From a bacterium (GTDB taxonomy: Bacteria > JAAXHH01): DNA of 64,000 nt. Positions within the stretch are counted from its first letter, which is position 1. Every line of letters begins with the position of its first letter. The translations under genes were made by a program, and so were the position numbers. This document shows positions 49,536 to 58,800 of the stretch, in pieces. Under the pieces are notes generated by a model. The model did not search any database. It had not been told where the DNA came from and worked only from the letters and a program-made list of their open reading frames with translations. The stretch covers positions 3,393,439-3,457,438 of the forward strand of contig OZ245326.1 in NCBI GenBank assembly GCA_965225915.1, given 5' to 3'.

Positions 49536-51683
49536 CACCGCGGATGCGGCAGCCGCAACGAGCGGGATTTCGATGGTCATTTCGGTGTATTCTCCGGGTT
49601 CGGAATCCACCTTGATCACACCACCGTGCTCGCGTATGACATCGTTTGAAAGCGCCAGGCCCAGACCGGTGCCCTGATCGGTAGGCTTGGTGGTGAAGAA
49701 GGGATTGAAGATCTTTTCTCTGACATGGGGCGGGATTCCCTTGCCATTGTCCTTGATGCGGATCACGATCTGATCGGCCTCGCGGCGGGTGGCCAACCAT
49801 AGGGCGGGGACGTATTCGGACGCGGTTTCCGGATCTTGCTGCTTTTCGTGGGTAGCGTGGCACGCGTTATTGACCATGTTCACAAATACCCGGGCCATAT
49901 CCTGGGACACGATCTCTACCTCTCCCATTTGCGGATCCAGGTCTTCGTTTATTTCGAGTTGAAATTCTGAATTGGTTGCCCGGGCGCTGTGAAACGCAAG
50001 GCGGGCATGCTCTTCAAGCAAGGGGTTTAGATCGGTGGACTGTTTCTCTGCGGATCCCCGCCCCATCTGCAGCATGTCGCGTACGATTCGATTAGCCCGT
50101 TCGCCGTGCTCCCGGATGCGGCGCAGGTTGTCCGACAGATCGCCGCCGAGTTCGAGAATCAAATCATTCTGCTCTTCGGTCAGGGATCCACCTTCCGTCG
50201 GTAGTTCTTCCTGAAGTTCTTCGAGCAGTTCCTCCGACGATTCGGCGAAGTTCTTCACGAAGTTCAGCGGGTTCTGTATTTCGTGCGCGACGCCTGCCGT
50301 CAGTTCCCCAAGGGCCGCAAGTTTTTCCCGCATGACGATCTGATCCTGCGCGTGCTGAAGCTCAACGAGCGTTGTTTCCAGTTCGTCGTTCTTGCCTCGG
50401 AGTTCCTCCGCGAGTTTTTCCACGAGGTTCAGTCGCTGCGCTTCGATAGAATGCAGCCTGAACACTTCAAGGGCGGCGGCCATGTCCGCCACCTCGTCGC
50501 GACCGTCCAGTTCCACCTTCTGCTTCAGATCACCACCGGCCATACGACGCATGTGTTCGGACAGAAACCCCAGACGGCGAAGTAACACCTTGCCGACGAA
50601 TAACCACGCGATGAGGACCGCTCCAATCAGGCTGATGGCGTTGAGGACAAGCAGGAGCTGTCTACCCACCTGGATCGTCTGCGTGGAAGCAACCGTAGCT
50701 GCCTGGGTGCTTGCCTGCGCCGAATTCACGAGATTCTCCACCTCGGCGACCAGTTCGACGGCGAGATCGCGGTTGCTATCGATCAATGCGCGCTGTTGGG
50801 CCATAAGCTCCAGGTCTTCCGCGCGGATTTGAAAGATCTTTCCCTGGCCGCTTCCCAGTTCAAACAACTGGTCAAACACCGGTTCGAGACTTTGCCGCAG
50901 CGGAGCCGTTCCCAGGCCTGCCAAACTCCTTTCAACTCCGCCGCTGGCCGATTCGAATCGCTCCAGCAGGGGCTCCAGTCGGTCGGCGTTGGAGAGGTTG
51001 AAGACGTTGGACAGGATTCGGGTGCTGACGGTCGCCTCGGTCTGCAATTCGGCGAGATGCCGGTATCGCTGCAGTTCTATTTCAGAAAGGAATTCCGTAC
51101 GAGGCGCCGCCGGTTCGTCTATGTTCCGGTAACCGGTGGTTGTGTAAAACAACTGGTTGTCCAGGGCCGGAACAAGAATACCGGCCATTTCGAGCTGCAG
51201 TTGCTCCAGTTCACGACGAAAGCGCTGGGTTTGATCCTCGAGGATGAAGCGTCTCGCCACGGACTCCTCGATCATACCGATGTTGGTAATCAGCGTGTTA
51301 CCGCTTTCACTGATACGTTGAAATCGTTCGTTTTCCATGCCATGACTGGTTAGCGCTTCCAGTTGAACCGCGAAGCTTTCGCGTTCTTCGGCGATACTAG
51401 CCGTCACGGCAGCAAATGCCTCGGGAGTTTCCGCGGCTGTCAGTCGCGGAGCGGCGGCCGCCAGCGTTCCGCTCTGTTGCGCAACACCGAACGCGTCGGC
51501 GATTTCGGGGACCGCCACTTCATTCACTTCCCGTTGGGCCTCACCGACCTCGTTGAAGGCGAACCAGGCCACCATACTTGCTATCATGGTGAGCGCTACG
51601 GCCGTGCCGATACCCAAGTACAACTGTCCCGAAATACGGGAAGGGCCTTTGTCATATAACCACAGCAGCCAACTCTTGATCAC
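49524..51683 (-). CDS. sensor histidine kinase (periplasmic sensor-HAMP-HisKA-HATPase)
   Basis: 719 aa with two TM helices flanking a ~300-aa periplasmic domain. HAMP, H-box GVAHEIQNPLN, and the N/G1/G2 boxes. Confidence 0.9.
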   Translation of the reverse strand: MIKSWLLWLYDKGPSRISGQLYLGIGTAVALTMIASMVAWFAFNEVGEAQREVNEVAVPEIADAFGVAQQSGTLAAAAPRLTAAETPEAFAAVTASIAEERESFAVQLEALTSHGMENERFQRISESGNTLITNIGMIEESVARRFILEDQTQRFRRELEQLQLEMAGILVPALDNQLFYTTTGYRNIDEPAAPRTEFLSEIELQRYRHLAELQTEATVSTRILSNVFNLSNADRLEPLLERFESASGGVERSLAGLGTAPLRQSLEPVFDQLFELGSGQGKIFQIRAEDLELMAQQRALIDSNRDLAVELVAEVENLVNSAQASTQAATVASTQTIQVGRQLLLVLNAISLIGAVLIAWLFVGKVLLRRLGFLSEHMRRMAGGDLKQKVELDGRDEVADMAAALEVFRLHSIEAQRLNLVEKLAEELRGKNDELETTLVELQHAQDQIVMREKLAALGELTAGVAHEIQNPLNFVKNFAESSEELLEELQEELPTEGGSLTEEQNDLILELGGDLSDNLRRIREHGERANRIVRDMLQMGRGSAEKQSTDLNPLLEEHARLAFHSARATNSEFQLEINEDLDPQMGEVEIVSQDMARVFVNMVNNACHATHEKQQDPETASEYVPALWLATRREADQIVIRIKDNGKGIPPHVREKIFNPFFTTKPTDQGTGLGLALSNDVIREHGGVIKVDSEPGEYTEMTIEIPLVAAAASAVETS

Positions 51684-52900
51684 GGCATCTCGTCCCGAAG
51701 GGATTCAATAGGATGGTAACGTCCATCTTTACCGATGACGGTGAGGAAGACCGCGTCGGAGCCCTGGTTGTCATCTACACCGAATTCAAGACGAAGTCCG
51801 CCCATGTCTATGGTTTCGGCCCGGTTCAGGCTTTCCATGAGACAGTTCCGCTTTACATCGGGTCCGCAACCTTCCAGCGCGCTGATCGCAAGACGGCCGG
51901 CCAGGTATCCTTCGAATGAAACGAATCCCGGCGCAGCCCCTGGCTCATACGCGGCCAGGGCCCTTCGGTACGCTACGGCTATGGATATATTACTGGCCCC
52001 GGGGAAGGGGACCACCTGCGATACGAGGACGCCCCGGCCGTTGGAGCCCAGTTCCCGGGCCAACGCGTTGCTGCCCACGAAGGAGATCGTCGCGAAGACC
52101 GGGTTGAAACCCACGTGCCGGGCCCACGTTATGAGCGTGGCAACCGGCTGGTACGCACCGATAACTACGACCGCGTCCGGTTTTCCCTGTTGAAGATCGA
52201 GCAGGCCGGCCTTGATCGCCGTGGTGTTCCTGGGATACACGCCGATCGCCACCGGATCCAGCTTCCTGCGTTCCAATGCCAGCCTTACCCCTCTATAACC
52301 AACCCTGCCAAAAGAATCATTTTGATACATCACGCCGATGCGCGTGATGCCGAGATCCCGCGACAAACGGTCTACGATTTCCTCGGTTTCCTGGTAGTAG
52401 GAAGCGCGCAGGTTGATTACGCCCGATTCAGTATTGTCTCTTAAGAAAATCGCGCCGGTAAATGGCGCGATATAAGGTACACCCGCCTGCGAGGTGATTG
52501 GAACTGCCGAGCGGGAAGTCGGCGTGCCCACAGCGCCGATGAGTGCAAATACCTGTTCTTCCTCGATCAACTTCCGGGTATTCGCGATGGCGGCTTCCGG
52601 TTCGTATGCGTCGTCAAGGGTAATCAACTCAAGACGGCGTCCGTGCACACCCCCCTTGCGGTTCACCTCCCGAAAAGCCGCCTCGATCCCGAGATTCATG
52701 TTCTGGCCGAGTTCCCGGGCCGGACCACTGAACGCTGCGGACTGACCGAATAGAATGCGTTCGTCGGAAACGCCTGGTTCCTGTTCTTCAACCTGGGCGG
52801 CGTTCGCACCGCTGTTTTCGTGGGATAAAGCGGGAGAGAACGCCGTCGCACAGAGGGCGAATAATAAAACGACCGCCCAGTGTTCTCGCGTTCGTCTCAT
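51680..52900 (-). CDS. periplasmic binding protein (type 1, Leu/Ile/Val-binding-like), likely HK-associated sensor partner
   Basis: 406 aa with a signal peptide and LivJ/LivK-like fold sequence. Its stop overlaps the HK start by 4 nt. Confidence 0.8.
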   Translation of the reverse strand: MRRTREHWAVVLLFALCATAFSPALSHENSGANAAQVEEQEPGVSDERILFGQSAAFSGPARELGQNMNLGIEAAFREVNRKGGVHGRRLELITLDDAYEPEAAIANTRKLIEEEQVFALIGAVGTPTSRSAVPITSQAGVPYIAPFTGAIFLRDNTESGVINLRASYYQETEEIVDRLSRDLGITRIGVMYQNDSFGRVGYRGVRLALERRKLDPVAIGVYPRNTTAIKAGLLDLQQGKPDAVVVIGAYQPVATLITWARHVGFNPVFATISFVGSNALARELGSNGRGVLVSQVVPFPGASNISIAVAYRRALAAYEPGAAPGFVSFEGYLAGRLAISALEGCGPDVKRNCLMESLNRAETIDMGGLRLEFGVDDNQGSDAVFLTVIGKDGRYHPIESLRDEMP

Positions 52901-53322
52901 CCGTTATCCTTCCGCTTGACGATCGTCAGGATGTTCTTGTTGTCTTCTCGACGGTAATTCAACTCATCCATCATGGTCCGAACGAGGTAGATGCCCAGCC
53001 CGCCGACGGGTCGATCGTCCAATCCGGATTCGAGATCGGGTTCCGGAGAGTCTGCAAGGGGATTAAAGGCCTGTCCTTCGTCCCGCAGCTCGATAGTCAG
53101 GACTTCCGTATCTGAATCCAGGATGATCTCGAATTCATGTTTAGGATCGTTGTCGTGCCCATGCGTGACGATGTTGACGCCCAATTCCTCGAGGACCAGC
53201 TTGACCTGGTACACCATGCCCGGCGGCCAGTCTTCCGCCTCGCCGAGTTCATCAACCGCATCGTAAATGCGATCCAGCTGGTCGAGCTTCGTGGGCAGGC
53301 AAAGGGACAGTCTTCTGCTCAT
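52897..53322 (-). CDS. anti-sigma regulatory factor / RsbW-like serine kinase (HATPase_c_2)
   Basis: 141 aa with a GHKL N-box (ELGVNIVTHG) and G-box (GGLGIYLV). Confidence 0.7.
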   Translation of the reverse strand: MSRRLSLCLPTKLDQLDRIYDAVDELGEAEDWPPGMVYQVKLVLEELGVNIVTHGHDNDPKHEFEIILDSDTEVLTIELRDEGQAFNPLADSPEPDLESGLDDRPVGGLGIYLVRTMMDELNYRREDNKNILTIVKRKDNG

Positions 53323-53330
53323 GGTTATCC

Positions 53331-54506
53331 CTAGCGCTGAATGACGGCAACACAGGTAATGTCGTCGGACTGCGGCGTCTCGCCAGCGAAGTCGTGGACT
53401 GCCTTGAAAACGGCTTGATTCGCTTCCTCCGCGGTTGCTGGGCGAGTTTCTGCAAATACCGACTGCAGGCGGTCCATGCCGAATTCTTCCCCATCGGCGT
53501 TCATGGCTTCGGTAACACCGTCAGTATAGAGTACAAGACAGTCGCCTGGCGAAAGCGAGACGCTCGACTGGCCGTATTCGACTCCGGGAAAAACCCCGAG
53601 AGCAAGACCGTCGGTTCTGGGAAGAAGTGTTGTACTGCCATCGGGATGAATGACCAGCGGTGGATTGTGTCCCCCGTTTGCGTAGTCCACCTGACCGGTC
53701 ATTGGGGTATATACGGCATAGAAGGTCGTGACGAACATGGCCGCTTCGTTTTCTTCGGTAAGGAGATCGTTGACTTCCTTCAATACAGCCCCTGGATCCA
53801 TGGCTCCGATGGCCGCTCCCTTCAACAGGGTCCGGCTCGACATCATAAAAAGCGCGGCCGGAACGCCCTTGTCGGACACATCGGCAATCGCCAGAGCGAT
53901 CCGTTCGCCGGGTAGCGGGAAAACATCAAAAAAGTCCCCTCCAACCTCCCTGGCCGATTCCATGTTCGCGAAGATCTGACAGTGTTCGGAGTCGGGAAAC
54001 TCGGTCGGCAGGATGGACTGCTGCATCTTGCTGGCCACGTTCAGTTCGTTCTGCAGTCTGACCAGCTGGTCCCGTGATTCCAATGCTGAACGCCACTCTT
54101 CCATATTCTTCAAGGTGCGTTCGATGGTCACCCGAAGGTCCTGAAAATCGATGGGCTTGGTAATGAAGTCGAAGGCGCCCCTGTTCATGGCAGTCCGGAT
54201 ATTCTTCATATCCCCGTAGGCAGAGACCACCACGGCGCGTATGTCGGGGGCGATGTTCGGAATCTGTGCCAGGAGAGTAAGGCCGTCCATCCGGGGCATG
54301 TTGATATCTGACAGGACCATGTCGATATCGGGAACCTCGCTCAAAAGCTCCAAGGCTTCCACGCCATTATGGGCAAAGTATAGCGTATATAGACCGTCAC
54401 GAACATCACGGCGCATTCTTTGTCGCATCAGATGTTCCAGGTCCGGTTCATCGTCCACCACGAGGATTTTATATGTAGTTTGCGTCATGTCACCCCTGCA
54501 AGCCAC
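53331..54506 (-). CDS. response regulator receiver fused to PP2C (RsbU/SpoIIE-type) phosphatase
   Basis: REC domain (ILVVDDEP, phospho-acceptor D in VLSDINMP) followed by PP2C motifs (GGDFFDVF, IADVSDKGVPAA, LYTDGVTE). Confidence 0.85.
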   Translation of the reverse strand: MACRGDMTQTTYKILVVDDEPDLEHLMRQRMRRDVRDGLYTLYFAHNGVEALELLSEVPDIDMVLSDINMPRMDGLTLLAQIPNIAPDIRAVVVSAYGDMKNIRTAMNRGAFDFITKPIDFQDLRVTIERTLKNMEEWRSALESRDQLVRLQNELNVASKMQQSILPTEFPDSEHCQIFANMESAREVGGDFFDVFPLPGERIALAIADVSDKGVPAALFMMSSRTLLKGAAIGAMDPGAVLKEVNDLLTEENEAAMFVTTFYAVYTPMTGQVDYANGGHNPPLVIHPDGSTTLLPRTDGLALGVFPGVEYGQSSVSLSPGDCLVLYTDGVTEAMNADGEEFGMDRLQSVFAETRPATAEEANQAVFKAVHDFAGETPQSDDITCVAVIQR

Positions 54507-54598
54507 TATGCCCGAATGACGGATATCTAACTGAACGGATATCTAACTGAGAGGATAATAAAAATGTATGCCACTGCGTGGACGACCGGATCGAGCGC

Positions 54599-54937
54599 TT
54601 ACCGGCCGATCTTCTCCACCGCATCCGCCTGGGAATCGTGAATGGAAATGATCTTGTCGAAGCCGCTGATTTCGAAGACTTCCCGGATCGGGTCCGACAG
54701 CGAGCACAACGCGAACGCGGCATTCCGCTTCTGAAGCAGACGTGCGATCAGGAGGATGACCCTGAGACCAGCGCTGCTGATATAGGACAACGCACCGAAG
54801 TCCAGGAGCACCTTGCTATCGTCCTCAGCGATGGCGCCGTTAAGTGCATCTTCGAATTCCCGTGCGTTGGCGCCGTCGATACGACCTTCAACCTTTGCAA
54901 TCAGAACTTCGTTTGCTCGGTCGACACTGATCTCCAT
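54599..54937 (-). CDS. STAS-domain anti-sigma-factor antagonist (RsbV/SpoIIAA-like)
   Basis: 112 aa. The conserved phosphorylatable Ser context is LDFGALSYISSAGLRVI. Confidence 0.8.
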   Translation of the reverse strand: MEISVDRANEVLIAKVEGRIDGANAREFEDALNGAIAEDDSKVLLDFGALSYISSAGLRVILLIARLLQKRNAAFALCSLSDPIREVFEISGFDKIISIHDSQADAVEKIGR

Positions 54938-55088
54938 GAAACCAACCCCCTTTACAGGTTTAAGAAACTGCCAATGTTCGGCAAAGTCCGTTAATTCTAC
55001 TCCATTGCGCCATCATGTGATGGCACACAGCCACCCGTTGAAGGCCAGCCTGCCTGAGAAAACAACTTCAGCAATACCGTTTGTGGTT

Positions 55089-55880
55089 CTATCCCGAGGC
55101 CAGGATCGGATGCGACGGCCCTCCGAAGGGTTTGCCCGGTTTCAACGTCTGGTCGCCACCCGCGTTAAAACGGCCATTGTAGTTCACGTAGTCCGGGATA
55201 TAGATGATGGCGAGGGCTCTCCTGGGCGAACTGGTACGATTCGGTGTTGCATAGTGAAACGTGCATCCGTGATGGAAGGTTACGCCGCCAGCCTCCATTT
55301 CCATTACAACGGGCTCGACTTCGACCTCGATATCCGTTTCTTCGATGTCCTTGAGTACACTCGCTCCTTCGGTGCTCAGCGCAACAGGCGCCAATCGACC
55401 GTATTTGTGAGATCCCGGAATAAACTGCATGCAACCGTTGTCCACCGTAACATCGTCCACGGCGATCCAAGCCGAAAGCGCTCCGACTTGTTCCATGGGC
55501 CAGTAAGGCGCGTCCTGGTGCCAGTTGGTTGCCTTGCTTCGTTCGCCGCCGGGTTTGATCAGTCCATGGTCATGGTATATGACCAGATGCCTGCACTTCG
55601 ATATCTTCCGGGCGACTTCCGCCAGCCGCGCGTCGAAGGAATACTTGCGAATAACCTCGTAGTCCACCCACAGATTGACCATCTGGTTGAATACGCGGTT
55701 GTAATCGTCGTCCGCCTCACCGCCGCCACCCAGTATGCGTTCTCTTTTTTCGTCTACCGTTTTATCCAGCGCATATCCCAGTTCAGCGATTTCTTCTTTG
55801 GAAAAAAAACCCGGAATCTGGAGATACCCATTCTCCTGAAAGAAATCGAACTCTTCGGAGCCTATGTGATTTGGATTCAT
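55089..55880 (-). CDS. phytanoyl-CoA dioxygenase (PhyH) family Fe(II)/2OG oxygenase
   Basis: 263 aa. The HxD...H facial triad context is WHQDAPYW ... HHGCTFH. Confidence 0.8.
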   Translation of the reverse strand: MNPNHIGSEEFDFFQENGYLQIPGFFSKEEIAELGYALDKTVDEKRERILGGGGEADDDYNRVFNQMVNLWVDYEVIRKYSFDARLAEVARKISKCRHLVIYHDHGLIKPGGERSKATNWHQDAPYWPMEQVGALSAWIAVDDVTVDNGCMQFIPGSHKYGRLAPVALSTEGASVLKDIEETDIEVEVEPVVMEMEAGGVTFHHGCTFHYATPNRTSSPRRALAIIYIPDYVNYNGRFNAGGDQTLKPGKPFGGPSHPILASG

Positions 55881-56103
55881 ATTTCCGCGTGACCCGGGGA
55901 ATAGATCGAATTACTCATATATAGACCAAGTCCATATAAATCAACAACAATAAACATTGCAGAGCGGTATTTAGCACAACTAAGTTAATAAGCAGTCAAG
56001 GTTTTTAACTTCTTTTCAAAACCGTGCGCGTAAATTACATCTTCGAACCGTGGGCGAAGTTATCACACCACGCTAAACACGCAAAGAGCTCAAGGAGAAA
56101 GAC

Positions 56104-57081
56104 ATGTCGGAAGACCGCTATCAAATCAGCGTCCAGGACTATATCGGCTACCACAGGGATGGCTATCTCGTAGTCCGCGGACTCGTACCCGACGGGGAAG
56201 TGGAAGAGATAGGCCGCCATACCGAAGCACTGATGAGCGGCGGGATTACCATCGAAGGGGTGGATCTGCCTCATCCAGGACTCACTGCCGAACAAATGGG
56301 GCAGCACTGGTTGCGCATACATATGCTTCACCGGAAACATGAACTGCATGAAAAGTACATGCTTCAACCCCGAATCCTGGATGTGCTCGAAGCCCTGATC
56401 GGTCCCGACGTTCTGGCGCTCCAGACCATGCTGTTCCTCAAGCCGCCAGGGCGTGAAGGCCAGGGCTTTCACCAGGACGCCTATTATATTCCCACCTATC
56501 CGGACACACTGCTCGGTTCGTGGCTGGCCGTCGACCACGCAGATGAAGACAACGGTTGCGTGATGGTCATCCCGGGTTCACATCACGAACCGATTTACCC
56601 GGACGAAAGCAAAATAGGCCAGAACCACACCGACGGATCCATCGAGGATCTCGGGGTGATCGAAGGCGCCAGCGCGACGGACGAGGCCTTGAACGGCCTG
56701 GCTCCCATCGCATCCAAATACAGTGGCCGCGAAGTAGCCGCCCGCATGGCTCCGGGTGACGTCATGTTCTTCCACAGTCACCTCCTGCATCGGTCGCACG
56801 AAAACCGGACGAGCACACGATTCCGCAGGGCCTTCGTCAGTCATTATTGCAACGCGAGGTCATGGGTGCCGTGGAACCATGGCGCGGATATCGACGGACC
56901 GTCCGCGAACTATCTCCACATCCTCGCCCGCGGAAACACCCATCTGCCCTTCGCCCTGCCCAGGTTCGGCACCCCGTGTGACGCGCTCAATCCCAGGGAA
57001 ACGGCCAGAGGCGTGCGGCCAACGCGCATGATGGGCGTCATGCCCACGTCGACTGTAAAGGGTGTTATGGTCTCTCGCTGA
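56104..57081 (+). CDS. phytanoyl-CoA dioxygenase (PhyH) family Fe(II)/2OG oxygenase
   Basis: 325 aa with FHQDAYY ... HSHLLHRS. It is divergently transcribed from the other PhyH gene across an AT-rich 224-nt spacer. Confidence 0.8.
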   Translation: MSEDRYQISVQDYIGYHRDGYLVVRGLVPDGEVEEIGRHTEALMSGGITIEGVDLPHPGLTAEQMGQHWLRIHMLHRKHELHEKYMLQPRILDVLEALIGPDVLALQTMLFLKPPGREGQGFHQDAYYIPTYPDTLLGSWLAVDHADEDNGCVMVIPGSHHEPIYPDESKIGQNHTDGSIEDLGVIEGASATDEALNGLAPIASKYSGREVAARMAPGDVMFFHSHLLHRSHENRTSTRFRRAFVSHYCNARSWVPWNHGADIDGPSANYLHILARGNTHLPFALPRFGTPCDALNPRETARGVRPTRMMGVMPTSTVKGVMVSR

Positions 57082-57153
57082 TTCCATGAAGCTCAAACGG
57101 GTCAGGGTATTTTGGCTTGAGACGAAATGAGCGTATGTTCGTCTACAAGCTTT

Positions 57154-58434
57154 CTATGCACCGAACAGACTCCGGGCTTTGTGGATGGCGCCGATCATGA
57201 TATCGATCTCCCCGGAGTTATTGTAGAAGTAGACGCTTGCCCGCGCCGTGGCTCCGTAAGGCGTACCGAGCCTGTGCATGAGGGGCTGCGCGCAGTGATG
57301 GCCGGCGCGGATGGCGACACCCTGCCGGTCCAGTACCGTAGAAAGGTCGCTGGGATGGATGTCGTCCAAGTTGAAGGACACGGCGCCTCCCCGGCCCGGC
57401 GCGTGACCGTAGACGGTCAAACCGTGGATTTCCTCGAGTCGCTCGATCATGTAATCCGTTAGCGCTCTTTCATGGGTGTGTATATTCTCCATGCCGATGG
57501 CGGAGAGGTAGTCCACCACGACCCCGAAGACGATGGCGTGGGCGATGTTAGGCGTACCAGCCTCGTATTTCTCGGGAATGTCCGCGCAGGTAAATCCATC
57601 GAGGCGAACTTCGCCGATCATCGAACCCCCGCCCATGTACGGATCCATCTCCTCCAGCAATTCCTCCCGGCCATACAGTCCCCCGATGCCGGTCGGCCCG
57701 CACATCTTGTGACCGGAAAAGGCGAAAAAGTCGCAATCCAGCCGTTCTACGTCGACCGGCATGTGCGGCACGCTCTGCGCGGCGTCCACGAAAACGATCG
57801 CGTCGACCTGCCGGGCCCGCTCCACGATGGCCTCGATGGGATTGACGGTTCCCAGGACGTTTGACATGTGCGCGATGGACACGATGCGCGTTTTCTCCGT
57901 AATCAGTTCATCCATCCGGTCCATGTCGAGCGAACCGTCGTCGTGAATATCGAAATACCTGATTACCGCCCCGGTTTCTCTCGCCAGCATCTGCCAGGGT
58001 ACGATATTGCTGTGGTGCTCCATCACGGAAAGGATGATCTCGTCGCCCGCCTTGACGTTTTTCCGGCCCCAGGCGCTGGCGACCAGGTTGATGCCCTCGG
58101 TGGTGTTGCGGACAAAAACCAGGTTACGTGCAGGTACGTTGATGAATTGGGCGACCCGTTCCCGGGCGTCTTCGTAGGCGTTCGTCGCCTCTTCGCTCAG
58201 CGTGTGGAGACCACGGTGTACGTTGGCGTTTAAACGCGTGTAGTAGTCGTTCAACGCATCGAGCACGACCTGGGGTTTTTGAGACGTGGCGCTGTTGTCG
58301 AGATAGACCAGCGGCTTGCCGTGGACCTGCCTGACCAGAATGGGGAAGTCCCCGCGGTATCGCATTGCCTGTTCGTCAGACCGACGGACCGCGTCATCCA
58401 GTTTGCGTGGCGTTTCAACCAATGTTTCTTCCAT
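57154..58434 (-). CDS. sufS: cysteine desulfurase SufS
   Basis: 426 aa, class V aminotransferase. PLP-Lys SGHKMCGPTG and the catalytic-Cys loop RAGHHCAQP. Confidence 0.9.
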   Translation of the reverse strand: MEETLVETPRKLDDAVRRSDEQAMRYRGDFPILVRQVHGKPLVYLDNSATSQKPQVVLDALNDYYTRLNANVHRGLHTLSEEATNAYEDARERVAQFINVPARNLVFVRNTTEGINLVASAWGRKNVKAGDEIILSVMEHHSNIVPWQMLARETGAVIRYFDIHDDGSLDMDRMDELITEKTRIVSIAHMSNVLGTVNPIEAIVERARQVDAIVFVDAAQSVPHMPVDVERLDCDFFAFSGHKMCGPTGIGGLYGREELLEEMDPYMGGGSMIGEVRLDGFTCADIPEKYEAGTPNIAHAIVFGVVVDYLSAIGMENIHTHERALTDYMIERLEEIHGLTVYGHAPGRGGAVSFNLDDIHPSDLSTVLDRQGVAIRAGHHCAQPLMHRLGTPYGATARASVYFYNNSGEIDIMIGAIHKARSLFGA

Positions 58435-58454
58435 GATCCCTTACCAGTCAGCGT

Positions 58455-58769
58455 TCAGTAGTCTATGCCCAGTTCAAGCTTGGCGTCTTCGGTCATCATG
58501 TCGATATGCCAGGTCGGTTCCCATACGATCTCAATCAGCGCGTCCGATACTTCGTCTATGGTCTTCACCTTGGTCTCCACCTCGGCGGGAAGCGACTGCG
58601 CGGCCGGACAGTTTGGCGAAGTGAGCGTCATCTTGATGTTCGTCATGCCGTCCTGCTGTACGTCAATTTCGTAGATGAGTCCCATTTCGTAGATGTTGAC
58701 CGGGATCTCGGGGTCGTAACACGTCTTCAATATGTCCACAATCTGCTCTTTTACGGTATCCGTATCCAT
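58455..58769 (-). CDS. sufT: Fe-S assembly protein SufT (DUF59/MIP18 family)
   Basis: 104 aa with YDPEIPVNIYEMGLIY and the LTSPNCP motif. Confidence 0.75.
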   Translation of the reverse strand: MDTDTVKEQIVDILKTCYDPEIPVNIYEMGLIYEIDVQQDGMTNIKMTLTSPNCPAAQSLPAEVETKVKTIDEVSDALIEIVWEPTWHIDMMTEDAKLELGIDY

Positions 58770-58800
58770 CCATAATCCCCTGTGCGAGTGATTGTTACCG

